A DNA stretch of 64,000 bases from Octopus sinensis (Eukaryota): the NCBI RefSeq assembly GCF_006345805.1, contig NC_042998.1, forward strand, positions 60,512,001 through 60,576,000, read 5' to 3'. This document shows positions 12,741-24,701 of this stretch, piece by piece. Numbering within the stretch: the stretch's first letter is position 1; every line of letters starts with the position of its first letter. Under the pieces are notes generated by a model. The model did not search any database. It was not told the origin of the DNA and was given only the letters and a program-made list of their open reading frames with translations. The position numbers and the translations under genes were made by a program.

Positions 12741-13086
12741 ATATATATACAAATATATATTCATCTTTCTCTCTCTCTCTCTCTGTATATATACATATAT
12801 ATATAGGCAAATTTGTTGAAAACGCACCTAAATTTGGAAAGCTTGTAATTGTTTAAGATACATTTATTTACATATATACCAAAATAGTTTCAACAATATT
12901 TTTTGTTTATCAATGATAAAAAGTTTAAAATTATGAATTAGAAAGACATCTTTAAAAGTTTCAATGTTGACAAATTAAAATGTTTCAATGTTGACCAATT
13001 AAAATGTTCATAACAGACGAATTTAGAATTATGTTGCCGGAACTCTACTTCTACTCTTCCATCATCGACTAATCACTTTCGGGGCC

Positions 13087-14005
13087 TAGGATATCCGCAC
13101 TCTCCGCAACAAGAGTGACATTAATTGTCCGAAGCCAAAGTGCAACCCTGTCTGCAAGGAACTTGCCTGCTTCAACATCGACGTGGCAGCCTTGAGCGAG
13201 ATTAGGCTTTCAGGAGAAGGTAGCATCAAAGAAGCTGGAAGAGGAAGGATCCTAACGACCCACGCATCCATGGAGTTGGCCTTGCCATCAAAACGAAACT
13301 CGTGGATCAATACAGACTCGTCCCAACTACTGTCAGCGAGCGCCTGATGACTGTTTGGATCCTGCTCATTCGGGACAGGTACCTTACGCTGATCTCTGTG
13401 TACGCCCTTGCCCTCACATCTTAAGACGACGTCAAGGCTTCGTCCTACAATCTGCTCGACCGCACCATCCAGACTGTCCCCACGCATGACAAACTCGTCG
13501 TGTTGAGGGACTTTAACGGCAGAGTCGGCAGTGACCATTGTCTGTGGAATGGTCATCATGGCATTGGGAAATGCAATGCCAATGGCCAGCTCTTATTGGG
13601 CCTTTGCGCCGAGTACGAAATTGTCATCACCAACTCCCTATTTCGTCTTCCTACCCGAGAAAAGACGATCTGGAAACACTCACGGTCTAAACACTGGCAC
13701 ATCCTCAACTGAGTTCTAACAAGATCCAAGGATAGACGAGATGTACACATCACCCACTCCATGCCTGGTACAGATGGCTGCCGGACAGATCACCACATTC
13801 TTATTTCTCGCCTTGACATCAAGATCCGCCGTCCACCAAAGTGGATCTCAGTAAACATACCTTGCTGACGCCTCCACTGCGCCAAGCTCAGGAACTCAGA
13901 GACATCCCAAGACTTCTGAGAATCAATTGAGAGACACCTGATGGACCTCTCAGAGCAAACCTCCATTGAGGACCGCTGGACCAGCCTTCGTGAAGCCATG
14001 ACCGC
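13087..14005 (+). mobile_element. Decayed RTE LINE fragment (APE endonuclease region)
   Basis: NIDVAALSEIRLSGEGSIKE, RDFNGRVG and GIGKCNANGQLLLGLCAEYEIVITNSLF..TIWKH, interrupted by stops and frameshifts. Confidence 0.8.
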
Positions 14006-14270
14006 TGAGGAGAATTTGAAGTCAAAACTTTAAGACGGACAGAATGGCGCTAATCAGGTTGAATTTTCATTTCGGGATCGATAAAATAAGTACCAGTTGA
14101 GCCCCGGGATCGATGTAATCGACTTGCCCCTCCTACAAAACTGTTGGTCTTGTGCCAACATTTGAAACTATATTATGACTGTGACTAAAAAATATATCCA
14201 ATAACTATATTCCCCAGCAACTTACGAACGTTATGATTTTAATTTCCTTTTTATTTTCTTCTTATATTAG

Positions 14271-14477
14271 TTATCAAAACCAGAGGACATGACATAACTA
14301 ACTTTTGCCAGTTCAAATCAGATGGATTATACGAGAGTCCAAATGCATGCAACGAATATATCGATTGTACCTTTGGAAAAGTCAATCTAATGCTGTGTCA
14401 GCAAGGACTATATTTTGATCCCAAGTCGAAATATTGCTTCTACAAAGATCAAGTACGGTGTCAAGATGGTGGGACAG
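14271..14477 (+). CDS. CBM14 protein exon, domain 2 (not in the ORF track because it has no start codon)
   Basis: Acceptor tattAG at 14269-70 and donor GT at 14478, phase 1-1. Translation IKTRGHDITNFCQFKSDGLYESPNACNEYIDCTFGKVNLMLCQQGLYFDPKSKYCFYKDQVRCQDGGT has the same 6-Cys spacing as domain 1. Confidence 0.88.
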
Positions 14478-15582
14478 GTATTTATCTAGCCGTTTCTTTT
14501 CCGCCTTCTTAAATGATAGAAGTCTATACTTTATTAGAATTTAAATAGTCTAAAAATAGTCACATACCGCATTTATTCCTAGCTTGGTAATCATGAGAGA
14601 GAAAATATAATCAGGTAGATGAAATATTAAGCTAAAAATCAGACAGCGTTATTCATATCCTCAACCCGAATATTTTTTATCACAACGCATGAAACTTAGT
14701 ATTTATATGCCTCAGTTCATATATCAGGCCTTTTCTTATAAAATTAGCTGCAAGATATTGGCGTCATAACCAGAGTGAGATATATTTCTCATCCGGAGTA
14801 AAACGTCAGTTCAACTAATCCTAGTAATTCGTAAAAACGTTGATTTTAACTCTGGGCGACATGAAACCATTTGACTGAATATGATGTGCTCACATCAATT
14901 AATATGTATCTTCCACTACAACTGAAGAGATTTCCTGAGCCCTGATAGTGAAAACTCTCGTCATTTATATACTGCTCTACTGCTCACAGCGGTGCACTTT
15001 ATCACATTGTGGGCTTTTTTTATATACTTATGTGGCCTACACTAATTTAAACATATTTTTTATGTTTGATCTTAAGAAAGAAGTTAAACATATAGTGTTC
15101 ACTGGCTCTCAAAGACCCCTGAGATTGATGAGGTTAATTTCTCAGTTATAAGTGGATGGCTACAGGAAAAACATGGATATGAAAGGAATTCCAGAAGTAA
15201 GGGATTATGAGTAGAAAAGACAGGAAAAAGTGATTAGTTTTACTCCTAATAGACGAGCGAACACAATATAATTATCAATAAGAGGAAGATGAGAGGCTCA
15301 AGAGAGTCTAAGTGAAGGTAGCATGAGATCCTTGAACAAAAGCGACAAAATACGAAGCATTAGTTGATTTTTTTACTTAGATACAAGAACATTGCTGAAT
15401 CTCTTGCGATTCGCTGATGCATAACATTGAACACTTAATTCTTGAGGTATGTGTTTGACATATGAAACCCTTTAGAGTTTCATACATTACTTTTTGCCTT
15501 CTTTTCATTTTGATTAATTTATTTTATATGTTACGGTTTCTAATTACTATTTTGTTATATAAAGTTATTTCTTTCTTTCCAG

Positions 15583-15749
15583 TGATCCCACATGATTTCT
15601 GTGCCAATAAACCTGACGGTTTCTATGCTCACCCAGCCGAGTGCCACAAATACTATATCTGCAGCAATGGTGCTACTACTAAAATGACCTGCTTGAACGG
15701 ACAAATTTTTGAAAATAACCACTGTCAAGTTTCAAATAAAGTTTGTTAA
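15583..15749 (+). CDS. CBM14 protein terminal exon, domain 3
   Basis: Acceptor ctttccAG at 15581-82, phase 1. Translation IPHDFCANKPDGFYAHPAECHKYYICSNGATTKMTCLNGQIFENNHCQVSNKVC-stop. AATAAA at 15800-15805. Confidence 0.85.
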
Positions 15750-15914
15750 TTTTTCTTTGTAGCTCTCTCGCTTTCTATATAGTCCCCTCTCCCTCTCTCA
15801 ATAAACATATATACATTATATATATATAACTATGATCGTCAAACTAATACATGCTTTGTGCACGTCCTCTTGTTGCTTGTAATTGTTAATTTTATTGGTC
15901 ATTTATTTGAACTG

Positions 15915-15969
<55 letters not shown>

Positions 15970-18900
15970 TACTTTCTCTATCATTACTTTTAGCTCTAAC
16001 ATATTAAACACAAAGACACAATGTTAAATAACACCAATATATTTCTGGTACATTTTTGTTCATCTTTGTTAACACCGCACATAGTAATTTTCTAAAGCCA
16101 ATGAAATGTAGTGATTGATCAATCTCATGACAACTTTTAACTAATGTCATTTGATTATTAATAATTACTCAAACATTATTGATTCGTTATTTCTATAGAC
16201 ATAATTCATGCAATGATAAATCTTTCTCGAGTTTTGCAATAATAGTAAATAGTTGCTGACACCTAATATTGGCAAAAAATATGCTTTATTCTGCATAAGA
16301 TTTTATTGTGCATACATTTTCTTATGTCTGCGTCACATGCGCTTTGTCCAAGCTCTGGGGTTTCTTCTCTCACTCCTTATTCCTCGATTTCAAATAATTT
16401 CTTCTATTTAAAAATGTCTATGTATACCGAATCTCAGCATTTGTAAGTGTTCATTAAAAAGAGAGATGCGACCATGCATCATATGAAGCAATTATACACG
16501 AGTCCGGCTTGTGATATATCCACTGTTGAAGATTTTTACCAAAGAATAATGAAAATTTATATTTGGTCCCCAAAGCATAAGTTATTTTTTCTACTTTACA
16601 CACATCGCTCTAGCAACACTAAGGTATAAAAGTGTATTGAAGATATAAGCTTTGTTTATTTCCAACTGAATCTGTATAGTGAGATCCTTGTTTTCTTACA
16701 TGCAACTGATGATACTTGTCAAAGTTGAAGTATTGTCTCTGATGACGAAGTCAATGTAGTAGGCGGATCGAAGTCTTAAAGAATCAATAATTCAAACTTA
16801 GTGATGAACACGATTAGGAAAAAAGTTTATTGAAATTCTTTAATTCCTATTCAGCTTATAAGCCACTTGTACATAACTTTCACATAGTATCCTACATGAG
16901 AAGTATCGAGCGTGTCATAAAACTGTGACAGTAAGTGTCGTCCTTGTTTAACCTTACTGCTCCTCTTGGATATGTCAACAGACGGTTGTCATACAAGAAT
17001 TTGCCTCTCGTTATCGTATGGAATGATCTTATTCTGTTGAAAAACTTCAGAGGATACCGTTTTGGTAACGTATACTTGGCAAACACTGTAAGCATATCGG
17101 GGTAAATAGCTTGCAGAATTTTGTTTCAGACCTGCAATTTTTTAACTCAGTGTGCACCAGAGTCTGTGTTCTATGAAACAAATGCCAGTATTTCACTTCG
17201 ATTGACTCTATTGATTAATTTGTTTCGCCTTAATGTTGGATTTAATCATATTAAAAAGAATTTAATATTAGATAAATTCTGAATAAAACTAAAAGAAAAA
17301 AAAATTATGTAAGCGAAAGTATGGCGGAGATCTGGTAGACTGGGGACTACTAAGTAAACAAACTCCAGATTAATCCCCTGGGTAAACTTCTTGAAGAGTG
17401 TTCCTCCCACCGCCGATTCACCTTCTCTTAACTAACCATTCTATCGATATTTCTTTCTATGCTATCATTCCCTCAATAATACCCCTATCAGTTTTACGGC
17501 ATCTGATATGCTTCTCCGCTTGATTACTTTGTTTCTACTCCCATTCAAACATACTTTATATTCCCCCCAGTCGTAGCCACTGTCAAAGCTATCTTCCTAA
17601 TAATTGCATGTCTCATGAACACCTACCTTCATAATGCGTTTTGACTAGACAGAAATCAATCTATAACGAACCCCCCCCCCCTCCCTCCCATTCTTCTCTC
17701 CCTCGTCGTCGATCTAATCAATTTACTTGAAACGTAATATTTAAAACAAAAACAAAAGCCACTTAGCTAACATAATTTCCATTCTTGTAGTGGACTCTGT
17801 AGTCCAGCAATATGATTAATAACTCAAATATAATTCTGTTTCAAATCAAGTTATTAATTTACAGAAGAAATAAACATCAAAGTTCCTTATTTTCCCATCT
17901 TCTATAAATTTTAAGTACCACGCATCATGACATTAGTCAGTAACAGTTCAGCGTCTCTACCTCATACTTCCCAGTTAAACTTTCACTAATTGTTTTTCAG
18001 AAACCGAAATTAAATTAGAGCAGGAGAAATTTAATTATTCTCTTTGATACAGAATTAATTATTGCTGTTATTTCAGCAAAAACGATTCCCCCCACCCTAA
18101 TACAAATAACACTCGTAAATGAATTACAAATTGCAAGCGTTTAACAACTGAAAGTCGTCATGACAGTTTGAAAGAGAAAGATCTCAAAACATGTTTTCGT
18201 TTCTGCAGTGAAAGGGAAAATCGTTGCAACTTGTTATTTATGCATACATTATACAGCTGAAACAACACGTAAATAGGTTGATTTGTATTCATTTACAACA
18301 AAGACTTAACACTTATATTACCGAATTTCTTCTAACAGAAAAATGAAGATCAGCAACTATTCAGGAATATACAGAAATTGTGCTCATTATCTCTGCGTAT
18401 TTCATGATTTAAACAATATGAAAGATAAATAATTCAACTACGGTAGTAGTTGAATAATATTCTTAAGGCCGCAATTTACATACACGCAGCATCTTTCAGA
18501 GCTTGTCGCTATTTCATTTCTTAACCAAATAGAAAACCGTTAACAGTTTTGAAGAGGACTGGTCCCTAGCTACATTATAGCATTAAAAAAATTAAGATTT
18601 CGTCCAGTTTACATTAAAATTTGTAGCAACGTTATAGGAGAGTAAGTAACACCATCAATCAAGTTTAGATCGAAATAATTTTTTCATTTTAATAGCAAAA
18701 TATATTTATCTTAGCTTCAATAATAAAAGAAAATGTGAAGAATTTCATAGTTTTGGTCACATGCAACAAAAATTTGTATCAAAAAAGTCGTGAGGTAAAA
18801 TATCATGAAAAAATATAAGTAAGGCAAAAAATTGAATTTAAGTAGAATTAACTCTTTTATTTTAAAAACAAGCTATATTTTAATTAAGCTTAAACGATAG

Positions 18901-21064
18901 AGATCATTTCGAGGAATTTCATGGTATCAATCTCAAGCAATTAAGTTTTTTTAAAAAGTCATGAGTGTTTCTCAAATTTGAGGATGATAATATAGTTCTG
19001 CACTTTTTTATCAGTATAGTTCTATGAAGGGACTTTTAATATATGTCACCGGCATCATTGAGATAAGGAAAAACTTGTCGACGACACTGCTACTTGACAC
19101 ATTATTAATTAACATAATAGCATAGCCTGGAAGAAACAGGGATTACATGAAAAAAATGCGAGCAAGAGAAATAATATTCGTAAGATTATAAACCTGGAAA
19201 ATTACAGGACAAGTTATTACATTTGGAAAAGTTGGATCTTTTCACTTTGACCGGCAGATTTTTAAAATAAATTATTTGTAACTAAACACTTTTAAACTTC
19301 GCGTACTGATAGAATGTGTTACATAAAACATCTTTTTCTCTTGGCTTTCTTGAGAAAATTCTGTAGTTTGTAAGCTATCTGTTGTTAAATTTCTTGCATT
19401 TCGGCAATTTCAACCAATGAATGACGTCTATTGAGGTGAATACAATATAGCGGACTACCAAGTTTTTCTTATATTATATAGCGAATATTTTCTGGTTGGT
19501 TTGTTTACTGTTAATGTAGCGCTACTTTATTGTTTCCTATATGGAAATAGATAAATATATTTAGCTTTTTAAGCAGGGATATATAATGATAAAACCGTCA
19601 CTTATAACTTACTCATAAGTGTTATCTTTATACGTAAATCCTGACTCCAGCTACAAAAATGCCATAGCGAGAAATATACTTTCTGGAACGATAATGGACA
19701 TTAATCGTGCATGTATGTTAAATATTACTAACTTCGTGTTCTTTTTACCGCTATAAAAAAAATACAATTTCATAATTACAGAAATACCTTCATTTATAAA
19801 TTGAAGAACGTGAAGTAAGAGAAAATAATTTCTACATTATCTTATTATATACATATAGCATTTTTAATATTTATATGCATTTTGAAGAAAAGTAATTTTT
19901 GTCGTAGTGAATTACGACTTAACATTTTAACTAATTCCTCACTCTAGCTATATTAAATCTCAACAATTCAAACAAATCTTGTTGGATTTTCCATGGACAT
20001 GGCATAAAAAATAACCAGTGTCTCAAAGGAGTGAGTGTTGTGGAGTTTAGTTACATCCCACAAACACTGAAGTTTTTCCCAAAATCCAGGGCTTTTATAA
20101 CCGCTCAACTTGACTTTAAAGATTCGAAATCACATAGAAATATTCTTTAACTAACTTTTAGAATTCCTATATGAGCAGTTATATTAACCAATGGAAAAAC
20201 GACAATCATATTTCTTCGGCAATACGACATATCGTCATATTGCCAGCTACCACAAATTAGCGCTACTATTTGAAAATAGTACACGCCACAACAATTTCTG
20301 CGGTTGTTTGTCAATGCGGTGTCTACTCAGTTTGTCAATGCGGTGTCTACTCAGTTTGTCACTGCTATTTATGCTGGCAGGATCGTTACCGCACCGGAAA
20401 AGTGCTTAGTGGCATTTCTTTCGACTTAAACTGCTTAATTGACATGCCACCGAGATCGATTTTGCCTTTCATCCTTCCGGAATCGATACTATAAGTATCA
20501 GTTGAGCACTGCTACGTTTATTTCTAATGTTATTAAACCAGTTGATAAAGGACCTGTGACCCCTTATCTCTTTATCACCACACTTCAGAAAAAATACGAA
20601 AGAAGAAAAGAAGACCTATAAGTACTAAGTTTTGCCGGTTATTCACGAAATCAGTCTAACGTAGTCAACGACCGATGAAACTTGGAAGTAACCATCAACT
20701 CCAACTCTCTTCGTTGTAAAAATAAATGTGAACTCTTATTTAAAATATATTGAATGATACTTTGTTTTACTTGCATTTTATGTTTTACTCGCATTTTATA
20801 TATATGAAGCTATTAACAAACATTAAAGAATCTATATATTTTTCAAACATTATAAAAATTAATAACGTATTTCGAAGAACATAATTCCTGAATATTTTAT
20901 AAGTATAAACGAATTCAAATTTGAAACATTTAAAAAAATAAATTATGTTCCACTTTCTATGGTATTTCAAACTAAATTTTCAATGATTAGATTTTTAAGG
21001 ATAACAGAGTTCCATTACATATTGTGTATAAATTATAGTTTCAAAAAATGAGAAAGTGTGTATA

Positions 21065-21099
<35 letters not shown>

Positions 21100-21672
21100 T
21101 GTGTGTGTGTATGTGTGTGTGTGTGTGCATATGTGCTCTTCCTACACTGCCTGACAACCGATGCTGGTTTCTCTCCGTCCCCATAACTTGGCGGTTCAGC
21201 AAAATTTACCGATAAAATAAGTTGCAATACTTAAAAGACATTAGTACTGTAGTCGATTTATTCAACTAAAACTTGTTCATACAGTACCCAAACACGGCCG
21301 CAGTGCAATAAAAGATAATAACGAACGTTCCTTAATCTCTACCGTCTTAATTTAAAAGAGAGTTCTTACCTGCAAAGGGATACTATTATGTGGTAGCTAT
21401 TCTCATATATGATCAAAATGCATTGCAATAATTTGAAATACACAGCATTTCTATAATTCAGTTCATATCTTTGAAAGGAATTCATCAAAGTTTTAAATCA
21501 ACTTCATTTACAGGCATCGGTTCTCCTACTACTTTGCTTCCATGACCTCACAAATGTTTCACAATCACTCGGATATGCTCACAAATACTTTCTTTCTTGT
21601 GGCTGTCATATGGCAAAACACTGATTTTAGACGCCAGTACACATGCCTTTACACAACTATATTATTCGTAGC

Positions 21673-22413
21673 CGGTAATGAAGTCACAAGAAAAAAAGTC
21701 ACAGAAAAATAAGTCACAATTTTGGCTAGGAAAAAAAGTCGTAGGTGAAAAACGTCACAATTAATTTACGGTGGCGGGTAATAAAGTCACAGGAAAAAAG
21801 TCACAATTTTGTCTGGGAAAGAAAATCAGGTAATCAAACAAAAATATTGAAGTCAGTCACAATTTATAAACATAATAAAATAATAAACATAAACTAAATA
21901 ATAAAACAGAAAATATTTTAAATCAATTATTAACCGACAATACATGACTTGTACATAGTTTTTTCTACTCTATGTACAAGGCCTGAAATTTTGGGGGAAG
22001 AGGCCAGTCGATTAGATCGATCCCAGAACGCAACTGGTACTTAATTTATCGACCCAGAAAGAATGAAAGGCAAAGTCGACCACGATGAAATTTGAAAACG
22101 TAAAGACAGACGAAATACCTATTTCTTTATTACTCACAAGAGGCTAAACATAGAGGGGACAAACAAGGACAGACAAACGGATTAAGTCGATTACATCGAC
22201 CCCAGTGCGTAAGTGATGCTTAATTTATCGACCCCGAAAGGATGAAAGGCAAAGTCAACTGAACGTAACGGCAGCCGAAATACCGCTAAGTATTCCGGCC
22301 GGCGTGCTAACGACTCTGCCCACTCGCCGCCTTAAGAATTATACATATTGCCAACACTATTTATATATGATGGCATTACACGTGACTTTTTTTCCTGTGA
22401 CGTTTTTACCTGG
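21673..22413. mobile_element. Non-autonomous DNA element with subterminal (aaaagtcac) repeats, interrupted by a SINE
   Basis: Repeated aaaaaagtcac on the left (21680-21830) and inverted gtgactttttttcctgtgacgtttttacc on the right (~22382-22410). Confidence 0.55.
21965..22335 (-). mobile_element. tRNA-derived SINE family 2 (composite copy)
   Basis: Shares aaggcctgaaatt..gatgaaaggcaaagtc..ctcgccgcct with 52700-52902. Fragments also occur near 14040, 29230, 40520 and 43000. Confidence 0.7.
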
Positions 22414-22966
22414 ATTCATATAATTACATTACTTCCTTATGACCAAGTTACTCGGTTTCCATGGCGTGTAACTGCTAGAGGTTGCAGCATTTCCCGTGAA
22501 CGGGATGTCAATTCATTGCAGGGTTACTCATTTACATCTGAGTGAACCAGAACAATGTGAAATGAAGTACCTTGCTCAAGAACACAACCCTGGGAATCGA
22601 AGCCACGATTTTGCGATTGTAAGTGCAACACCTTAACCACTAGGCCACGTGCCTTTACACTCAATTAATACAGTTATGTATTTTCGTTGGGAAAATCGTA
22701 GGAGCATCGAATAGCCTTGCACTATTTATTTGCGGTGTGTTGGCAGAGTCGTTACGGCGCAGGACAAAATGCTTAGCGCCGGACAAAATGCCCGAATTTG
22801 CTGGCCTTGTACCAAATTTTGAAACCAATATTTATTTGAGACAATTTTCTTTCTTAGTTCAAAGCTGATACTAGTCATGCATTTGATTCTTTTGGGTTCG
22901 ATAAAATAAAACACCAGTCAAGATTTGCGGCCTTCGGCTAATGTTCGCAGCTAATATTATTATAAA

Positions 22967-23366
22967 CTAGCAGTATCGCCCGGCGTTGCTCGGGTTTGTA
23001 AGGGAAATAACTATATAAGCATTTTTAGAGAGTTATAGCCAAAAAATAGAAAAAAAATGCATTAAAAATGGAAAAAAAATTATGGTAAATTTTTTTTTTT
23101 TAATCGTTGACTCATCGTACACATTTTTAGAGAGTTACTTCCCTTATATAATAGTGAAAAAATGCATTAAAATGGAAAAAAATTATGGTAAATTTTTTTT
23201 TTAATCGTAGACTCATCGTAGACGCGCGCTAATACCCAGAAGGGCTCGATATGAATCACGACTATAAGATATCCGCTTTTGGTTAAACTGCACCACAAAA
23301 TGTGGGAGTAGTTAGGAATCTAAATCGTAGGAGACAGACACACAACTTCTCTTTTATATATAAAGA
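22967..23366 (-). mobile_element. Non-autonomous Helitron
   Basis: On the minus strand it starts TCTTTATATATAAAAG and ends with the hairpin CCCGAGCAACGCCGGG followed by CTAG|T. It contains an internal tandem duplication. Confidence 0.75.
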
Positions 23367-24701
23367 TTTACGTCAGGTGGTCTAAAACAAGAGTTGAGTT
23401 CCTGCGCGAGTCATGACAAACCACTCAGCTTCTATTGGCTGTTGATACAAGCTCACTTCATTTACTCTGCTAATGTCTTGATAAGATAGACATGAATGTC
23501 ACAGAATTTTGTTTGTTCTCACAGTAAAAAAACAAACTTATGTACCTAAGGAACAATGTTTCTAAGAAATTTCGTAAATAAATTGTCAATAAGATCTTTC
23601 CCATCCAACTTCGCTAATTTCCTCTAAAGATTAACTGCCAATACTTTCCGTGTATGTGTGTGAGAGAGAGAGAGTGCGTGTGTATGTGTTGTGTATGTAT
23701 GTTTGTGTGCATGTGTGTGTGGGGGTGGGGGTGCATGAGAGAGAGAGAGAGAGTGTGTGTGTGTGTGTGTGTGTGTGCGTGCGTGTGTGTGTAAGCGTGT
23801 GTGTGTGTGTGTGTGTAAGTGTGCGATTGCTTGTATGCGCACGCGAGCGCCAGTCTGTGTGCTTATCTCTCACTCGATAACTCGTGTTGGTGTTATTTGC
23901 ATCACCGTAATTTAATTAATCGGCAAAGATATCACTAGAATAAGCATTATGGAGCTGATTAAGATTTTTAAAAGGATACCCCACATCCTTGCTGCAGGCC
24001 ATTGACTGAGGTAAGTAATAAGATAAAAGAAGAAATGAAAAATGATGAATAAATGCAAAGGAATCGTATTCGGAGTTGTCTCCCCTAACTTTCTTGAACA
24101 GAATTAATCATTAAGCTAACGGTTTTATTTTTTAAAATTTCTTGCTTCACTATATTAAGTATGCTAACACCAACTTAACTACTTGTTTTTCATACAGATA
24201 GTGTTCCTGAGTATTCCTTTTCCCCTATCCCAGCCCATCCATCCTATCATGTGATGACAGCCAGTGTTTATGACTAAAACTCTAGCGCTGTTGGGGGGGG
24301 GGCTAATAAAATCGAAACATGTTTTGATTTTTCATAGTACGGCCAAGATCAAACCCACTAAATCGCCACACCTCATTCCTAATGAATTTTCACCTCTATA
24401 CAGCAGGCACAAAGTCCTGAATAGAGATTATATGTACGAAAAACCAATGTTACTTCTATTTATATATTTAATTATACTATCTTCTATAGCTTTTTAGCAG
24501 TTCGTTGCTCGATAGTAGTTGCCCTACTGAATACTCACATTCTGTTATTAATTCATTTTAAATAATAACTTCTGAGTTGTCAGCCCTTGCTTTACCTGAC
24601 CAGAATTAATCACAAAGCTAATGGGTAGGTTTTTTTCCCCTTTGCTATGGGGGCAATAGTAATTCATCAAAATTCTTTGGCTCACTATATGCAATGTTGT
24701 A

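Noticed and set aside
14915-14975. CTGAAGA...GAAA...GTC
   Set aside because: No complementary stems I or II.
16700-17350. CTGATGA at ~16739 and a YPLKFFNRI frame suggesting an old PLE with an HHR
   Set aside because: No GAAA-NUH or stem I support, and the protein similarity is too weak.
20300-20365. 24-bp tandem repeat within short ORFs
   Set aside because: It lies next to decayed SINE-like sequence and has no coding support.
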